Source of the DNA: Candidatus Velthaea sp.
Lineage (GTDB): Bacteria > Vulcanimicrobiota > Vulcanimicrobiia > Vulcanimicrobiales > Vulcanimicrobiaceae
Assembly: GCA_050012475.1 (NCBI GenBank)
Contig: JBEKHC010000005.1
Coordinates: forward strand, 1 to 64,000
Direction of reading: 5' to 3'
Length of the DNA stretch: 64,000 nt
Positions 19,386-29,087 of this stretch are shown in pieces. Made by a program: the position numbers and the translations under genes. A model generated the notes under the pieces. It did not search any database, was not told the origin of the DNA, and saw only the letters and a list, made by a program, of their open reading frames with translations. Within the stretch, counting starts at the first letter, position 1; each line of letters begins with the position of its first letter.

Positions 19386-20812
19386 CACTCGACTGCGACG
19401 ATTTCAGCACCCGCTTCGACCGCGTCGGTGCCTGGATTGTCAACTACTATCAAGAAACACGGGCGTTTCCGGTTCTCTCGCGCAACGCGCCCGGCGATCT
19501 CACGCGTGCGCTGCCGGCTCACGCGCCGCAAGAGCCCGAATCGTTCGATGCCATTTTTGCCGACTTCGAACGCTTGATCGTGCCCGGCATCACGCACTGG
19601 AATCATCCGCGGTTCTTTGCGTATTTCGCCATCAGTGCCGCGCCGATCACCGTGCTGGCGGAAGCGCTGGCCGCCACACTCGACGTCAACGCGATGTTGT
19701 GGCGGACGTCGCCGGCGGCGACGGAACTCGAAGAGGTCACGTTGGGCTGGCTGCGCGAGATGCTCGGCTTGCCGGCCGCGTTTTCGGGCATCATCTACGA
19801 CACCGCGTCGATCAGCGGCTTCACTGCACTAGCAGCGGCCCGCGAGTCGCTCGATCTGGATATCCGCGGCCGCGGCCTCGCCGGCCGGCCCGACCTCCCG
19901 CCGCTGCGCGTGTATCTCACCGAGCACACGCATTCGCACATCGAACGAGCCGCCATCGTGCTGGGCGTCGGCCGCGACAACGTGGTCAAAGTGCCGTGCG
20001 ACCGCAATTATGCGATGGACCCACGCGCGTTGGCGGCCTGTATCGATGCGGACGTCGCCCGCGGGCTGCGCCCGATGTGCGTCGCGGCGACCGTCGGCAC
20101 GACCTCGAGCACGTCGTCGGATCCGGTCGGCGCAATCGGAGCCGTCACGCACGAACGCAACGTGTGGCTGCACGTCGACGCCGCCTACGCCGGCCCCGCC
20201 GCGATCCTCCCGGAGTTTCGTTGGCTGCTCGACGGCGCCGCGGCCGCCGATTCAATCGTCCTCAATCCCCATAAGTGGCTCTTCGTGCCGGTCGATCTGT
20301 CGGTGCTTTACGTGCGCGACATGCCGCTGCTGCGCCGCACCTTCAGCCTGGTGGCGGACTACTTGATGACCCCCGAGACCGGCGTGCGCAACTATATGGA
20401 CTACGGGCTGCAGTTGGGCCGCCGTTTCCGCGCGCTCAAGCTGTGGTTTGCGATGCGCGCTTACGGCGTGCGCGGCTTGCAGGACGTGTTGCGCCGCCAC
20501 ATCGCGCTGGCGCAGGAACTCGCGGGGTGGATTGCGGCCGAACCGGACTGGGAGCTCGCTGCCCCGCACCCGCTCTCGGTCGTCTGTTTTCGGCATCGCC
20601 TGCCCGATGGCGACGGCGGCGCGACCGACGCTCACAATGAAGCGGTCATGGAAGCCGTCAATGCGACGGGCGAGGTCTATCTCTCCCACACCAAACTCGA
20701 CGGCCGCGTCGTGCTGCGCATCGCGATCGGGAACGAACGCACGACGCGCGCCGATGTCGAGCTTGCATGGCAGCTGCTGCGCAAGCACGCAGGAACGCTC
20801 GCGCCGGCGTAG
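19382..20812 (+). CDS. PLP-dependent aromatic-L-amino-acid decarboxylase (group II)
   Basis: PGITHWNHPRFFAYF, SPAATELE, WLHVDAAYAG, PLP lysine NPHKW, LGRRFRALKLW. Confidence 0.93.
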   Translation: MTLDCDDFSTRFDRVGAWIVNYYQETRAFPVLSRNAPGDLTRALPAHAPQEPESFDAIFADFERLIVPGITHWNHPRFFAYFAISAAPITVLAEALAATLDVNAMLWRTSPAATELEEVTLGWLREMLGLPAAFSGIIYDTASISGFTALAAARESLDLDIRGRGLAGRPDLPPLRVYLTEHTHSHIERAAIVLGVGRDNVVKVPCDRNYAMDPRALAACIDADVARGLRPMCVAATVGTTSSTSSDPVGAIGAVTHERNVWLHVDAAYAGPAAILPEFRWLLDGAAAADSIVLNPHKWLFVPVDLSVLYVRDMPLLRRTFSLVADYLMTPETGVRNYMDYGLQLGRRFRALKLWFAMRAYGVRGLQDVLRRHIALAQELAGWIAAEPDWELAAPHPLSVVCFRHRLPDGDGGATDAHNEAVMEAVNATGEVYLSHTKLDGRVVLRIAIGNERTTRADVELAWQLLRKHAGTLAPA

Positions 20813-20831
20813 GGATGCGACCTGCGAGCGG

Positions 20832-21119
20832 TCACAGATGATCGCAGGGTTTGGTGTCGCCGGGGGTCGCCCGGCCGTGCGAGAGATACCACAGTTCGTT
20901 GAGTTGAGCGTACATCGCAATGACCGCCGGCCGCTGCCGGACGGCGCTCTTGTTGTCCTTGAACGTGCGATTCATTTTGCAGCCGGCGTCATGCACCGCG
21001 TTCGGGTTGCCATCGCTCGGATAAGCAGCACAACCGCACGGCAGATATTCATCGCCTTGGGGACCTGAGTTCATCGCAATTGCCGAGTTATCGTGCTTTG
21101 TTTTTGCCATGCTGTTCAT
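20832..21119 (-). CDS. Small Cys/His-containing hypothetical protein
   Basis: ORF in an otherwise empty, more AT-rich gap; PCGC...HDAGC...PCDH; start uncertain. Confidence 0.35.
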   Translation of the reverse strand: MNSMAKTKHDNSAIAMNSGPQGDEYLPCGCAAYPSDGNPNAVHDAGCKMNRTFKDNKSAVRQRPAVIAMYAQLNELWYLSHGRATPGDTKPCDHL

Positions 21120-21192
21120 ACCATCCAATGCGGTCGTTGCGCTGCGCCTGCGGCAACTCGTCCAATTCGTTCCAAGACGCAAATGGAACGAA

Positions 21193-21426
21193 TCAAGAAT
21201 GGACTTGGTGCCAGAGATCGGCGTTTTGCGCGTGACCGCCGCAGCGATCCCACGTCACGTCGAAAGCTGTATCGTGCCGTCCGGTGCCGCTACATCGTAA
21301 GATGCAGCCGCAATCCCATGTCCAGCGCTGGACGGTTGGGAAACTGTTACTTTGTGTACACGCGTAACGATAGTCGTTGCCGAGGATCCGCCGTGCATCG
21401 TTGATGAGTTGCTTCGCGCGATTCAT
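21193..21426 (-). CDS. Small Cys-rich hypothetical protein
   Basis: 77 aa; AAAGG upstream of ATG; WDCGC...WDRCGGH. Confidence 0.45.
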   Translation of the reverse strand: MNRAKQLINDARRILGNDYRYACTQSNSFPTVQRWTWDCGCILRCSGTGRHDTAFDVTWDRCGGHAQNADLWHQVHS

Positions 21427-21675
21427 GGTACGCCTTTAGTGGCGTCGCGCCGCCAAGATCGGAAGCGCGCATGGTGTACGGTTCAAATGAACGCCACCGG
21501 GAGGAAATGAAAACCGATGAGCGAGTCGCCCCGCCCTGGTTCTAAGTCTACCAAGCATTGCTGCGTTTTTCTCTACCCAATATAGGTAGTTTTCTCGTCA
21601 AAAAGAGCGTTCGAGCGTTCGGTATATGCAGCAGACCACGTCCAGGCTACGGCTTATGTCGCAGCCGCGCGCGCT

Positions 21676-23493
21676 TTACCGCAATTGCGTGAGCGGTGCG
21701 GCGGGAACGTGATGCAGCGCTCGTTGCGCTTCGTAGCTCGCGCGTGCGGCCGCGAGTTCGCCCGCATCAACGCAGACGCCGGCGTAGGCTCCGTCGGTGA
21801 GCGGCGTCCCCAGACGCGGCGGCAGCACGTCGTCGGCGGTGGTCCAGCCTTGGCGGACATTGATGCGACGTTTGCGTTCCCAGGTGCGTTGAGCGCTCGC
21901 GCGCAGCGCGTCGGCGTCAAGCGGCAGTCCGGTCACCGCGCACCACAAATCCGCTGCTTCCGCGTAAAAATCCTCGAAGCAGTCGCGGATGAATTTGCAG
22001 AGCACGAGCGAGTCCCAAATGGCGGCGTAATCCTCGGCATCGATCGTTGCGCGCGCGCGTTCGGCAGCGCCGCGCAGCGTGCCGGGGGCGCGCAAGTCCG
22101 CATCGTACGTCGCGGCGCGATTGTGGCACGCGCCGCGCGTACAGACCGCTAACCCCAACGCATACGTCGGCAGCGCTCGCGGCTCGTAGCCGGGAAGCTC
22201 TAATCCTTTGGCGTGCATTGCGAAAGTAACGGAGCCGCCGCCGATCTGTTCGGCCGCAGCGCGGACACCGAGCGACAAAAGGCCGCCGACACCGGTGCGC
22301 GTCGCGATTGCTTCGATCGCCGGAGCGAGCACCGCGGCGTTGCCGAACGTCAGCGGCGTGCCGAACGCATCGCGCGCGATGAGCCCGTGCTCCGCGCACT
22401 CCATCGCGAACGCGATCGCGCTGCCGGTTGAGATCGTGTCGAGTCCGTAGCGATCGCAGCAGAAGATCGCGTCGAGCACGGCGTCGAGATCGTCGATGCC
22501 GCAGTTCGGTCCGAACGCCCAGACCGATTCGTATTCGCTGGCCGCAGCCGTTTTGCGATCGCGCTCGCGGCGCACGTACATGTGCTCGCACTGCACGGGA
22601 CAGCCTGCACAGCCCGAACGCAGTTCGACATAGGCGCCTTTGGATTCGCGTGCGCGCTCGGGCGTGACGGCTTCGACCCCCGCGAAACCCGAAGCGGTGA
22701 AGTTGCGCGTCGGCAGTTGTCCCATGCGCTGCAGAACGCGCATGTTCGCGCCCGTTCCCAGGATGCGATATTTGGCGGTTTGCGGTCCCAGTGCACGCAT
22801 TTTCAGCGCTTGAGCGAAAACCGCGGTCGCTGCCCCGTCGGCGACGCCGACCGTTCCGCGCGCGTGCAGCGCGATTGCTTTGAGACGTTTGGCGCCCATT
22901 ACGGCGCCCGTGCCGCCGCGGCCGGCTTGCCGCCCGTCGTTCTCGACCGCCGCATAGCGCACACCGCGTTCGCCGGCAAGCCCGATGGCGCAGACGCGCA
23001 GCGTGCGTTCTTGCCGGCGCGCGCGTAGCGCCTGCGTCGTTTCACGCGCCGTCATGCCGAGCAAATCGGCGGCATCGGCGAACACGACGCGTTCGCCGTC
23101 GAGGATGACGGTCGTCCAATGCGCGGCCGCGCCGTAGACGACGAGCGCGGCGAAACCGCAGCGGCGAAGCGCCGCCGACCAATGACTCGACGACAGCCCT
23201 TCGTTGAGCAGTCCGGTCAGCGGCGAAAGCGTCGCCAGCGCATGTTTGTTGGCCGCGGGCACGGGTGTCGCAGCGAACGGTCCGGCGGCGAAGACGATCG
23301 CGTTGTGGGCGCCCAGCGGATCGACCGCGGACAGGCCGCGTTCGTCGAGGTAACGCTCGAGCAGCAGCACCGCCAGACCGACGCCGCCCAGCGCGCCGGC
23401 GAAGTCGGCATCGCCGAGCGCATACCGCCGCGTCGTTTGGGTGGTGAGATCGATTTCGAGCACGTCGCGCGGCCCGGCGTACGCGCTGTTCAT
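21676..23493 (-). CDS. aor: Aldehyde:ferredoxin oxidoreductase (tungstopterin AOR family)
   Basis: SPLTG, GRGGTGAVMGAKRLKAI, CAGCPVQC plus LVLCKF (4Fe-4S ligands), EYES, GLDTISTG, KGLELPGYEPR, RGACH. Confidence 0.92.
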   Translation of the reverse strand: MNSAYAGPRDVLEIDLTTQTTRRYALGDADFAGALGGVGLAVLLLERYLDERGLSAVDPLGAHNAIVFAAGPFAATPVPAANKHALATLSPLTGLLNEGLSSSHWSAALRRCGFAALVVYGAAAHWTTVILDGERVVFADAADLLGMTARETTQALRARRQERTLRVCAIGLAGERGVRYAAVENDGRQAGRGGTGAVMGAKRLKAIALHARGTVGVADGAATAVFAQALKMRALGPQTAKYRILGTGANMRVLQRMGQLPTRNFTASGFAGVEAVTPERARESKGAYVELRSGCAGCPVQCEHMYVRRERDRKTAAASEYESVWAFGPNCGIDDLDAVLDAIFCCDRYGLDTISTGSAIAFAMECAEHGLIARDAFGTPLTFGNAAVLAPAIEAIATRTGVGGLLSLGVRAAAEQIGGGSVTFAMHAKGLELPGYEPRALPTYALGLAVCTRGACHNRAATYDADLRAPGTLRGAAERARATIDAEDYAAIWDSLVLCKFIRDCFEDFYAEAADLWCAVTGLPLDADALRASAQRTWERKRRINVRQGWTTADDVLPPRLGTPLTDGAYAGVCVDAGELAAARASYEAQRALHHVPAAPLTQLR

Positions 23494-23756
23494 CCGCCGC
23501 TCGCCAGGAAGAGCACGCAGGGGCGGTCGGAAGCGTCGAACGGCTCGTCGTCGCCGGTCGCACGGCGGCCGTCGAGCAGCAGCAGATTGGGATGGACGAA
23601 CGACTCGCCGCCGGCGTCGATCACGCTGCCGAGCATCGCCGGACAGCGCTGGGCGAGTTCGCGCACGAGTTCGCGTTTGGTAAGCCGTTCGCCGCCGATG
23701 TCCAAACCTGAGGCGCCGGCGAACACCCGGGCCATCCCGAAGAACTCGACCGTCAT
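23490..23756 (-). CDS. moaD: MoaD/ThiS sulfur carrier protein
   Basis: 88 aa, VEFFG start, C-terminal SGG; overlaps both neighbours. Confidence 0.85.
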   Translation of the reverse strand: MTVEFFGMARVFAGASGLDIGGERLTKRELVRELAQRCPAMLGSVIDAGGESFVHPNLLLLDGRRATGDDEPFDASDRPCVLFLASGG

Positions 23757-25714
23757 ACCGCGGCCGGGACCGTTTCGACGATCCGCACGTCGCCGGCAAG
23801 CGCCGCGTCGTAGCCGCCCAGCGCGTCGATCGCGGCGCGCAGCGCCGGGTCGCGCATCGTGGCGATCAATGCGCCGATGCGGGGATCATCGAGCGCGTCG
23901 GCCCGCAGCGCGAGCTCGTACGGTTCGGTCGCCAAGGGCACGAAGTCGCAGCCCAGCGCACGCGCGGCCGCCAGAATGCCCAACCCGCAGTCGGCGCTCC
24001 CGTCGGCGACGAGCGCGGCGACCGCCAAGTGGGTGAATTCGAGCCGGTCGTAGCCCTCGATCTGCGTCGACGCGAGTCCGTCGCGGGCCAACAGCGCGTC
24101 GAGCAGCATGCGCGTTCCGGCGTCGCGCTGACGGTTGACGTAGCGTGCGCGCCGCGCGACGACGTCGGCGAGCGAACGCAGTCCCAGCGGGTTGCCCCGC
24201 GCCACGATCAGCCCCTGTTCGCGCTGCGCGAACGCGATGAGCGCGACGCGGGCATCCGGGATGTAGCGCCGCACGGCGACGTCGTTATACGTTCGGCTTG
24301 CCGGATCGAGCACGTGCGTGCCGGCGACGTGCGTCGAGCCCGTGCGCAGCGCAACCAGACCGGCGATGCTGCCGACGTTGGCCGACACCAGTTCGAGCCC
24401 GCGATCCGCCAGCGCGCCGGCCAGCAAGTCGATCGCGACGTCGTGGCTGCCGACGGCCAGCAAGGTGCGTTCGATCGACGCGATCCCGCGCAGCGCGCGG
24501 GCCGGCAGCGTCGTTCCGGGATGTGCGCCTTCGGTGAAGCGCGAGATCGTGACGATCGCGTTGGCCCGCGATAACGAGGTGATCACCCCCGCCCCGCGCC
24601 GCAGCGGAACCGCTACGATGCGCCCACCGACCCGGGCAGCGACCACGCGCACGAATTCATCTTCTCCGAGCGGTGAAAAGAGCTTGCGCGTCAGCGTCAC
24701 CTCGAACGTGGCGGGATCGGGCGGATCGGAGTGGGCGAGCCGTTCGATCAGCGGCGCCACGAACAGGTCGGCGCAGATCGCAGCGCTGACCGGGTACCCC
24801 GGGATGCCCAACAGCGGGACCCGCCGGCCCGCGGATTCGTGCGCCAGCGCCAGCACGAGCGGGTGGCCGGGGCGGATCGCCACGCCGTGGACGAGCAGCT
24901 CACCGAAGCGCTCGAAAATGCGCGCGGTGAAATCATGGCGTCCCGCGGAGCTGCCGGCGTTGACGAGAACGATGTCGCAGGCCTCGATCGCGGCGCCGAC
25001 CGCCGTCGCGAGCTGCGCCGGATCGTCGGGCACCCGCGGATAGCGAACCGGCAGGCCGCCGTAGCGGCGCACGGCGGCCGCCAACAGCACGCCATTCGAA
25101 TCAAGGATCGCGCCGCGTTCGGGCCGCGCGACGGCCGGATCGACGAGTTCGTCGCCGGTCGTGACGATCGCCACGCGCGGCCGGCGCACCACCGCGACCT
25201 CGACGATGCCGCCCGACGCGATCGCCGCCAAATCGGCCGGACCCAGCCGCCGGCGCTTGGGCACGATCGCTTCGGTCGCCACGATGTCTTCGCCGATCGG
25301 CCGCACGTGGGTCCAGGGCGCAACGGGTTCGCGAATCGCGACCGTCCCGTCGCCGAGCGGCTCGAGATCTTCGACCATGATGACGGCGTCGGTCTGCGGC
25401 GGCAGCGGGTCGCCGGTATCGACCACGAAGGCGTCGCCGTCGAGCCGGAGGATGACCGGCGCGCCCTCGGACGCACCGCGCGTCGCCGCTGCCGCAACCG
25501 CGATCCCGTCCATCGCGCAGGCGTGGTAATGCGGCGACGAGAGCCGGGCGAAGACCGGCTGCGCGGTGACGCGATCGAGCGCGTCGTCTAGCGCCACGAT
25601 CTCGATGCCGGCGTTGGCGACGCCGGCCGCGTCGAGCGCAGCGGTGAATCGCTGACGCGCCGCGTCGAGCGGGATGTCGGTCAAAAATGCGGCGTCGCCA
25701 AACCGGCTGCTCAT
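23753..25714 (-). CDS. moeA: MoeA fused to a C-terminal PBP/LysR substrate-binding-like domain
   Basis: CAMDGIAV, VDTGDPLP, TGDEL, GIPGYPVSA; then GSHD, GSIAGL, REQGLIV, YVNRQRDAGTR. Confidence 0.92.
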   Translation of the reverse strand: MSSRFGDAAFLTDIPLDAARQRFTAALDAAGVANAGIEIVALDDALDRVTAQPVFARLSSPHYHACAMDGIAVAAAATRGASEGAPVILRLDGDAFVVDTGDPLPPQTDAVIMVEDLEPLGDGTVAIREPVAPWTHVRPIGEDIVATEAIVPKRRRLGPADLAAIASGGIVEVAVVRRPRVAIVTTGDELVDPAVARPERGAILDSNGVLLAAAVRRYGGLPVRYPRVPDDPAQLATAVGAAIEACDIVLVNAGSSAGRHDFTARIFERFGELLVHGVAIRPGHPLVLALAHESAGRRVPLLGIPGYPVSAAICADLFVAPLIERLAHSDPPDPATFEVTLTRKLFSPLGEDEFVRVVAARVGGRIVAVPLRRGAGVITSLSRANAIVTISRFTEGAHPGTTLPARALRGIASIERTLLAVGSHDVAIDLLAGALADRGLELVSANVGSIAGLVALRTGSTHVAGTHVLDPASRTYNDVAVRRYIPDARVALIAFAQREQGLIVARGNPLGLRSLADVVARRARYVNRQRDAGTRMLLDALLARDGLASTQIEGYDRLEFTHLAVAALVADGSADCGLGILAAARALGCDFVPLATEPYELALRADALDDPRIGALIATMRDPALRAAIDALGGYDAALAGDVRIVETVPAAV

Positions 25715-26949
25715 GGCGCGATGACCCGCACGGTCGTGCCGGCGGCGGCGCCGCTGCTGTCCAACGGAATGACGATCAGGCCGTCGGCGCGGATCAGCGT
25801 GAAGATGAGATTGGACTTGCCGAAAATGGGCGTAGCGCGAACCTCACCGGAGCTCGACGTCTGAAGATTGCACGCAACGTAGTCTTCCCGGCCCGGCCGC
25901 GAACGCACCGGAGCCGTCAGCACGGCCGCGCACGACTCGGCCGCCCGGACGTCCGGCTGGGCCTCGCCCCCGAGTTGCCGGACGAGCGGCCCCACCAGCC
26001 GCCAAGCCACGACGAGCGCGCTGGCCGGATTTCCCGGCAGCCCGATGACCGGCTTGCCGTCGGCCAGCGCGATTAGCGTCGGTTTCCCCGGTTTGATCGC
26101 GATGCCGTGGACGAGAATTCCCGGCGGCCCCAGGCTTGCGACCACTTGCGCGGTGAGATCGCGATACGAGACCGACGACCCCGCCGAGAGCACGAGCGCA
26201 TCGCTGGCGGCCAGTGCCGCGCGGGCCGCCGCCGCGAGCCGGGGCAGATCGTCGGCGACGATCCCGGCGTGGACCGGGACCCCGCCGGCGGCGCTGATGA
26301 CCGCGGCGATCGTGGAGGCGTTCACGTCGCGAACTTGCCCGATCGCCGGCTGCACGCCCGGTCCCACGACTTCGTCGCCGGTCGAGAGGATCGCAATCCG
26401 CGGCCGCGCGTACACGCGCACCGCCGGACAGCCCAGGGCGGCGAGGCCGCCCAGATCCTGGGCCCGCAACCGGCGGCCGGCCGGCACGGCGACGTCACCT
26501 CTGCTGATGTCTTCGCCCACAGCCACGACGTTCTCGCCCGGCGCCGCCGCGTCGAGAATCTCGATCTCGTCGCCGTGCGCGTTCGTATCTTCGACCATCA
26601 CGACGGCGTCGGCGCCGGCGGGCAGCATTGCGCCGGTGTGAATGCGCGCCGCGGCGAGCGGCTCGACCCGCAACGCCGGCGCGCTGCCCATGGCGATCTC
26701 GCCGCACAGCCGCAGATATGCGGGCGCCGATTCGGACGCTCCGAACGTATCGGCGGCGAGCACCGCGTAGCCGTCCATCGTCGAACGTGCGAATGCCGGC
26801 AAGGTCTCGCCGGCACGGACTTCAGCCGCCGTGACGCGGCCCAGAGCGTCGGCGGTCGCGACCGTTTCGGCACTCGAGACGGGCGCGCAGCGCGCCAGCA
26901 GGATGGCGAGCGCATCCTGCGGCGGCACGACCGTAAACAACTCGTTCAC
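25711..26949 (-). CDS. moeA: Molybdopterin molybdo/tungsto-transferase MoeA (gephyrin-like)
   Basis: RSTMDGYAV, IHTGAMLPAGADAVVMVE, STGDEV, IKPGKP, GLPGNP. Confidence 0.94.
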   Translation of the reverse strand: MNELFTVVPPQDALAILLARCAPVSSAETVATADALGRVTAAEVRAGETLPAFARSTMDGYAVLAADTFGASESAPAYLRLCGEIAMGSAPALRVEPLAAARIHTGAMLPAGADAVVMVEDTNAHGDEIEILDAAAPGENVVAVGEDISRGDVAVPAGRRLRAQDLGGLAALGCPAVRVYARPRIAILSTGDEVVGPGVQPAIGQVRDVNASTIAAVISAAGGVPVHAGIVADDLPRLAAAARAALAASDALVLSAGSSVSYRDLTAQVVASLGPPGILVHGIAIKPGKPTLIALADGKPVIGLPGNPASALVVAWRLVGPLVRQLGGEAQPDVRAAESCAAVLTAPVRSRPGREDYVACNLQTSSSGEVRATPIFGKSNLIFTLIRADGLIVIPLDSSGAAAGTTVRVIAP

Positions 26950-27002
26950 TTCGTTCCGTTCAACGCTGCTCGAGCGCGCGCATTTGCGGGTACAACGCGG
27001 CG

Positions 27003-27266
27003 ATGACGCAGGAAAACGACGCGCTCGACCGGGTCTTCGCCGCCGACCGCAACACCGGTTCGACGCCGCCCGAAACCCAAGCCGAAAGCAGCAACGTCGT
27101 CGGACGCCCGGGCGGGGCCGATGAAGCGGCCGGCTTCCGCGAGCCCACCGAAACGCCGGCAGTGGAGCGCGAAGCGTTCAGCGGCGAAGAAGCGATCCGC
27201 GAGGGTGCGAGCTTCGACGGTTTGGGTCTTCCGGTCGCCGAGGGCGCTGGCACGTCCGACCGCTAA
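27003..27266 (+). CDS. Small acidic, probably disordered hypothetical protein
   Basis: 87-aa Glu/Asp/Gly-rich ORF filling the gap between divergent moeA and the FDH genes. Confidence 0.45.
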   Translation: MTQENDALDRVFAADRNTGSTPPETQAESSNVVGRPGGADEAAGFREPTETPAVEREAFSGEEAIREGASFDGLGLPVAEGAGTSDR

Positions 27267-27355
27267 ACGCACGGAGCCCGGCGCCGGCGGCCGCGGCAGG
27301 CCGTGTCGGTTAGCCTTACCGAAACGACTGTTCCGTTTCGCGCTCGCTGGAGCTG

Positions 27356-29086
27356 GTGTTGGACACGATCGATCTCACCCCAATCCGCCTCGGCATCGCC
27401 GCCCGTCCGGCGGGCGTCGACGCCGATATCAAGCGCAAGAAGCGCCGCGAAGGCAAGGGCCGGCCGGTCGATCCTGCGGCGCTGGCCCAAGTGCGCGAGC
27501 TGTTGGGCGACGAGCCGCGACGGCGCGATCTGCTCATCGAGCATCTGCACAAAATCCAAGACCGCTATCACTGCATCAGCGCCGAGCACATCGTGGCGCT
27601 GGCCGACGAGATGCGCTTGGCACCCGCCGAAGTCTTCGAGGTCGCGACGTTCTATCACCATTTCGACGTGGTGAAGGAAGGCGACACTCGTCCGCCGGCG
27701 ATCACGATCCGCGTCTGCGAAAGTTTGTCGTGCGAGTTGGCGGGTGCGAACAGTCTGCTCGCACTGCTCGCCGACGGCAGTTACGGCGCGGGTGTCCGCG
27801 TGCTGACTGCTCCGTGCGTCGGGCGCTGCGAAGTCGCGCCGGTTGCCGTCGTCAATCAACACGTGATCGGCCATGCAACGGTGGCCGACGTCGACGATTG
27901 CCTCGAACGCGGTGCCGTTGAGGCTGACGTCGGCGGCTACGTCGACCACACGCGGTACGTTCGCGAGGGCGGCTATGCGCTGGCGCGGTCGTGCCTTGCG
28001 GGAAGGCGCGACGTCGACGAAACGATCGCGGCGCTCGAACACTCGGGTTTGCGCGGGCTGGGCGGCGCCGGGTTTCCAACCGGGCGCAAGTGGAAGATCG
28101 TGCGCGGCGAACCGGCGCCGCGCTTGATGGCGGTCAACATCGATGAAGGCGAGCCCGGGACGTTCAAGGACCGCTGGTATCTCGAGCGCGATCCGCACCG
28201 GTTTCTCGAAGGAGTGCTGATCGCGGCGTGGGCCGTCGGCATCAGCGAGGTCTACATCTACTTGCGCGACGAGTACGCGCACGTGCGCACCATTCTCACG
28301 CGCGAATTGGAGCGGCTGCGCGCCAACGCGCCGGTCCCGCTGCCGGACATTCACCTGCGGCGCGGCGCGGGCGCATATATCTGCGGCGAAGAGTCGGCGA
28401 TGATCGAGTCGCTCGAGGGGAAGAAGGGCATGCCGCGGCTGCGTCCGCCGTTCGTCGCCCAAGTCGGTTTGTTCGGCCGTCCGACGCTCGAGCACAATAT
28501 GGAAACGCTGTATTGGATCCGCGAAATTCTCGAGCGCGGACCGCAGTGGTTTGCCGCTCACGGCCGCAACAGCCGCAACGGCTTGCGGTCGTTCTCGGTC
28601 AGCGGGCGCGTGCGCCGGCCCGGCGTGCACGTCGCGCCGGCCGGCATCACCGTGCGCGAACTCATCAGCGAATTTGCCGGCGGCATGTTGCCCGGTCATA
28701 CGTTTTACGGCTATTTCCCGGGCGGTGCGTCGGGCGGCGTGCTGCCCGCGGCGATGGGCGACATCCCGCTGGATTTCGACACGCTCAACCCGTACGGATG
28801 CTTCATCGGTTCGGCGGCGATCATCGTGCTCTCCGACCACGACACCGCGCGCGCTGCCGCGCGCAACATGCTGCGTTTCTTTCGCGACGAATCGTGCGGG
28901 CAGTGTACGCCCTGCCGGGTCGGCACGGCGAAAGCGGTGGCGCTCATGGAAGGCGAGACCTGGGACAAACCACTGCTCGACGATCTCGCCAAGGTGATGG
29001 TCGACGCGTCGATCTGCGGTTTGGGGCAAGCGGCGCCCAATCCGTTCTTGTGCGCGATGAAGTATTTCCCCGAGGAGTTTTCCTAA
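27356..29086 (+). CDS. NAD-dependent formate dehydrogenase beta subunit (NuoE+NuoF-like fusion, Fdh1B type)
   Basis: LLIEHLHKIQD, EVATFYHHF, VCESLSC, GLRGLGGAGFPTG, DEGEPGTFKDR, GAGAYICGEE, ESCGQCTPCRVG, SICGLGQ. Confidence 0.92.
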   Translation: MLDTIDLTPIRLGIAARPAGVDADIKRKKRREGKGRPVDPAALAQVRELLGDEPRRRDLLIEHLHKIQDRYHCISAEHIVALADEMRLAPAEVFEVATFYHHFDVVKEGDTRPPAITIRVCESLSCELAGANSLLALLADGSYGAGVRVLTAPCVGRCEVAPVAVVNQHVIGHATVADVDDCLERGAVEADVGGYVDHTRYVREGGYALARSCLAGRRDVDETIAALEHSGLRGLGGAGFPTGRKWKIVRGEPAPRLMAVNIDEGEPGTFKDRWYLERDPHRFLEGVLIAAWAVGISEVYIYLRDEYAHVRTILTRELERLRANAPVPLPDIHLRRGAGAYICGEESAMIESLEGKKGMPRLRPPFVAQVGLFGRPTLEHNMETLYWIREILERGPQWFAAHGRNSRNGLRSFSVSGRVRRPGVHVAPAGITVRELISEFAGGMLPGHTFYGYFPGGASGGVLPAAMGDIPLDFDTLNPYGCFIGSAAIIVLSDHDTARAAARNMLRFFRDESCGQCTPCRVGTAKAVALMEGETWDKPLLDDLAKVMVDASICGLGQAAPNPFLCAMKYFPEEFS

Positions 29087-29087
29087 C

